Under the pieces are notes generated by a model. That model had not been told where the DNA came from. It did no database searches and saw only the letters and a list, made by a program, of their open reading frames with translations. A program made the translations under genes and the position numbers. DNA of 63,886 bases, counting the filler, from Gonapodya sp. JEL0774 (Eukaryota), in the NCBI GenBank assembly GCA_027604505.1. It is 3 parts of 3 records of this genome, joined end to end, with 100 filler letters (N's around TTAATTAATTAA, not from the genome) between each part and the next. Parts side by side here need not be neighbours in the genome. Positions count along the whole stretch, not along the records: positions 43,975 to 63,886 come from JADIIX010000250.1; 2 more parts are not named here. The stretch is one strand, 5' to 3'. Positions 61,211-63,886 of the stretch are shown one piece after another. How positions within the stretch are numbered: position 1 is the first letter of the stretch; the number at the start of each line of letters is the position of its first letter.

Positions 61211-63886
61211 ATGCCCACCTCCCATCCACACCCCGCACTCTCCGATCCCGCCCACCACATTCCCGAGTCGCATTTTCCTGCCCAAGTCCAGGACTTGCGA
61301 CCAGACTCGAGCCAAAACCACGACACGGCCACAGACACTCCAAATCTCGACTTTACAGCCGCTCTCTCGGCTCTGGCTTCCGCTCATACAGGACTCGTCA
61401 ATGGTGCGTGTGGGGGAACCATACCAGGATAGTGTTCCCTGTCCCTCGTGTGGTCGGCGAAAACGCGGCTCGATCAGAGCCAGCCAGGTGAACGTCCGTG
61501 ACCCGATGATTCAACCGGGGCGCGAAACAAGGCACGAGCGGCGTGGGGTGTTCCCGGCTACGCTGTCCGTTTTTCTCATCACGGGGCCTGCCTGCCGCTC
61601 TGGAGTGCTTCCTCTCACGTGGTGGGACCGGGACACGCTCCTCATTCACACCTTTATTCCTCTATAAACTCACACCGTCCACTCCATTCCCTTGCATGCA
61701 CCCCGACCCGCCTCCCCCTGCCAACCTCCCGCTTCCCCCCCACACACGCACACACCCAGACTACTCCTCCCGCATCCGCATCCTCGAAGCCGCCCTCGCA
61801 GAAGCTCAGGCTGCACGCAAGCAAGCTGAGGAGGAAGTCGGGAGGTGGGTTTCTGCTGGGTGGAAGAGACGGAGACTGGGATGGGTCGGGCAGGAATGAT
61901 GTGCGAACACGACAGGGGTTGCAGGGGACGATGAAGGGGCAAAGAGTGGGCGGTGCTGGAGGCCGGAAGGACGAGATTGATCATGGAAACGGTGGCAGTG
62001 GGCATTGGGCAGTGGGCAGTAGGCGCAGTGGCGAGTAGGCATCGGGAGAAGGAGTTGCCTACACCCCGGATCACTGACCCACCTTCCCGACCCGTTCGGC
62101 TGCGTGGTGAACTGAACGCCCGAACCGAGATCCAAGTGTCGATACTCGTGCTCGTGCTTTTTTGTGCGCCGTGCAGGGTGGCCCGGGTCCCGCTGCTGGT
62201 GTGTCGGAATCACGAATCACCCGCACCACCCAAACAAACCCCAGTACACGGCACACGGCACATGCCCACCGGTGATACCCCGACCCACACTAACACGTTC
62301 CATGCTCCATGCCTCCGACCCCCGCCGGCCCTCCCCATCCAGATGGAAGGTCGTCGCTTCCACACGCCGGACGGCGACGCACGCGCCCACGTCCACGTCC
62401 ACACCGCCGGCGTCGACGCAGACGCCTCCCACCACCACCGCACCACCCGCAGTCCCCCATACCGCTCCACCGAACCAGATCGTGACGGCCTCCACTCCTA
62501 CGCCGACACCAACACATCCACCCGCACCCGCGCCGTCCCAGCCTGTCCCCGCGCCTTCCCAGGCTCTGGCTCAGGTACATTCACCGTCCCAGGCAATCCA
62601 CCTCGACCCGACTGCCATCTTCGAGAGCAAGCAATACAAGGCCATCATGAAGGAGAGGGATGGGTAGGTTGGGCGCGGTGGGGGGAGAAGTGGGGGAACA
62701 CGTGACACGGGGGGAACCGGAGCACAAGAGGGGAAAGGTGCAGGGACCGGACATGGGGTGTGGGATGGGGCACTGTAGGGTGTTGAGTGTGCCGTGGACG
62801 GTTTTGCGGGAGTAAGGCGGTCGCTGCTCGCAGGGTGTGGTGAAGGTTTGGGAAAACCCCTCACCACCGTACTGTGCCGGATCGGACCGGACCCCCTGAC
62901 GCGCACACCCACACCTAAACGGCAGATGACAGACGGGCGCAAGCGTGGAACGTAACGATAGGCCACACGAGATAAGGACACAGCGACTGTGCTGTGTGTT
63001 CCATGTGTTCGATGGGTGCGATGCAGGTGGATGGACAGTCGGGTAGTTTGGGGGGACGAGATCAGCACCGTAACTCCACGCCTGTATAGTTGCCCTTGTT
63101 CGTGCGGGCCTTGAATTGTCCTTCTGTGCCATGTTTTCTCTCTGACGTGAGTCCCGCCGCTCACGGCTACCACACCTCCGTGTCCCCCCTCGGTCCCCTC
63201 CCGTCACCAACCTCCACAGCCTCGCCGCCCGGCTGGCCACCTACGACGCTTCCTGGGCTCACCGCTACGGCCAGAAGTCCGCTGAATGCGCCAACCTCCG
63301 CTCCCAACTGGCGTCCACGCTCGCCTCCCTCAATATCTCCCGGTCCGAAACCACCCGGCTCACGGAACTCCTCAACGAAGCCCGCTCGCGGGAAGTAGAG
63401 GCCCGTACAGTGGCGGAACGGAACGCGGAGGCTGGGGCGCGGTGTATGGCGGCATACAGTAGGACCAAGAGGATGGTCGGGGAGATGAGGGAGCGGTGCG
63501 AGGTGGTGGTGGCGGAGAGGAACTCAATTATGGGGCAGATTCGAAAGAGAGTGAATGAGATTGCGGTTATGGAGGAGGCGAGGAAGGGGCGGGGTGTATC
63601 GGCGGGTGGGAGGGAGGCCACGCCGCCCACCACGACGAACCCGTGGGCTGAGATAGAGGCCATGGCGGTGGATGTGGCACTTACGGTGCCGGTCTGGGCC
63701 GCCGGGGGCAGCGGAGCTGCGGGGACTCCCGAGGCCCAGGCTGCTGCGGGAGGGGAGCTGGCCCACATGTCCGGGTTGTCAGAGAGGAAGAGGGCAGTGC
63801 AGGAGGGGGAGAGGGATAGGGTGGAGGGAGGGAACACGGGGCGTGTGGAGGGGGAGCAAGGTGGGTGTGTGTCTCGCGGGGGGGGG
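61211..63886 (+). CDS. Unknown multi-exon coiled-coil/Pro-Thr-rich protein, runs off the window end
   Basis: Candidate exons ~61211-61403 (..FTAALSALASAHTGLVNG|gtgcgt), ~61760-61845 (YSSRIRILEAALAEAQAARKQAEEEVGR|gtgggt), ~62178-62663 and ~63220-end (heptad-rich). No family recognised. Confidence 0.55.

Overview
Eukaryotic, intron-containing genomic DNA, most likely from a zoosporic (flagellated, chytrid-like) fungus. This is inferred from short GT-AG introns, an axonemal dynein heavy chain, a ciliary TMEM17/216-family gene and a GH18 chitinase remnant. The window has three assembly gaps, two carrying an N-TTAATTAATTAA-N linker. The left third is an accessory or decayed zone: a TKL-type kinase fused to about 24 SEL1 repeats with near-identical internal copies, a dispersed ~0.9 kb repeat that truncates a chitinase, a damaged homeobox, a degenerate ~115-200 bp tandem array holding a solo LTR with a perfect 5-bp TSD, glycogenin fragments in permuted order, and PIF/Harbinger and Copia debris. 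The middle is a compact conserved block: DNAH2-like dynein head-to-head with TMEM17-like, then RAD23 and a cis-prenyltransferase. The most striking structure is a 6.8 kb near-palindrome (46333-53123; two ~3.35 kb arms, 77 bp spacer). Each arm carries a decayed long ORF with tyrosine-recombinase-like motifs, and these continue through the spacer on one strand only. The right end holds TFIIE-alpha, a bacterial-like DJ-1/PfpI gene, a bacterial-like bestrophin and an unknown coiled-coil gene. All calls were made by eye and no database searches were run.
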